Assembly: GCA_051294375.1 (NCBI GenBank)
Contig: CM119270.1
Coordinates: 16,146,606-16,166,452 of the forward strand
From: Paraspadella gotoi
Taxonomy: Eukaryota; Animalia; Chaetognatha
Reading direction: 5' to 3'
Length of the DNA stretch: 19,847 nucleotides
Shown: positions 19,259 through 19,847 of the stretch, piece after piece
Numbering within the stretch: position 1 is the first letter of the stretch
How the letters are laid out: every line of letters starts with the position of its first letter
The notes under the pieces: generated by a model
The model's input: the letters and a program-made list of their open reading frames with translations, nothing else
Database searches by the model: none
Told to the model about the DNA's origin: nothing
Program-made: the position numbers and the translations under genes

Positions 19259-19847
19259 CACTTCAGTAAATAACGCTTTTATCAAACTAACAAATCCTTT
19301 GACTAAAAAATTCGACTTATTGAACCTTCTTTTAAATCACCTGCAATAGTTCATGACGTTTAAACTGCAGTATGCCTGCTGAGTCATCGATGTTGCCTTA
19401 AACACATTGAACGGTTGGAGTATCTGTCACACTAAAAAAAAAAAATTAACAATCGTTAGTTAAGAGCAACATCTAATTTTCGGTAATATAATTTAACTAG
19501 GACAGCAAAACGTATCTCTAATTATAAGCTACATGCGATTGCGAACAAATATCCTCTTATCATACTCGTTCTCTCTCTCTTCTTCTTTCTACATACATCT
19601 TTTCTACGTAACAACTCTCTCTTGATGGTCTCTCTCCTTCATCATCCCCTTTCTTTCCATCCTCTCTCTTCTCCTTCCCTCCCTCTCCTTCCTTTCCTCC
19701 CTTCTTCTCCTCTCCTCATTTCCCTTCCATCCCCTCCACCCCGCCTCTCCCTCCCCCTCAATGCCCTCTCCAAAGTCCTCTCGTCAGTAGAATCATTTGA
19801 GGGACGAACTTTCCTTCCTCGATCAATGCCCTCTCTCTTTCCTTCTC

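Overview
Eukaryotic (invertebrate-animal-like) draft scaffold with N-gaps, long microsatellites and many single-base indel errors. The ORF track is largely misleading; the real content is a run of short GT-AG exons, all on the + strand. Block A (about 1580-10157, perhaps to about 12040) encodes a secreted thrombospondin type-1 (TSP1) repeat protein. It has a signal-peptide exon, two Gla-like modules each fused to a TSP1, and about 8 TSP1 repeats in total. One repeat is split by a ~460-residue basic / His-heptad / acidic insertion. Block B (about 12496-19258) encodes an extracellular EGF?-LamG-Ig-Ig-EGF?-LamG-[gap]-Ig mosaic, built from perlecan-type domains in an unusual alternating order. A phase-compatible ORF ending in a GPI-signal-like tail lies inside an intron of block A. 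Whether A and B are one gene or two cannot be settled from this sequence. Also present: a 51-bp-arm TTAA-flanked hairpin, two related SINE-like heads, minisatellites, and three local duplications that look like assembly artefacts. All domain calls come from manual translation and motif recognition; no database search was run.
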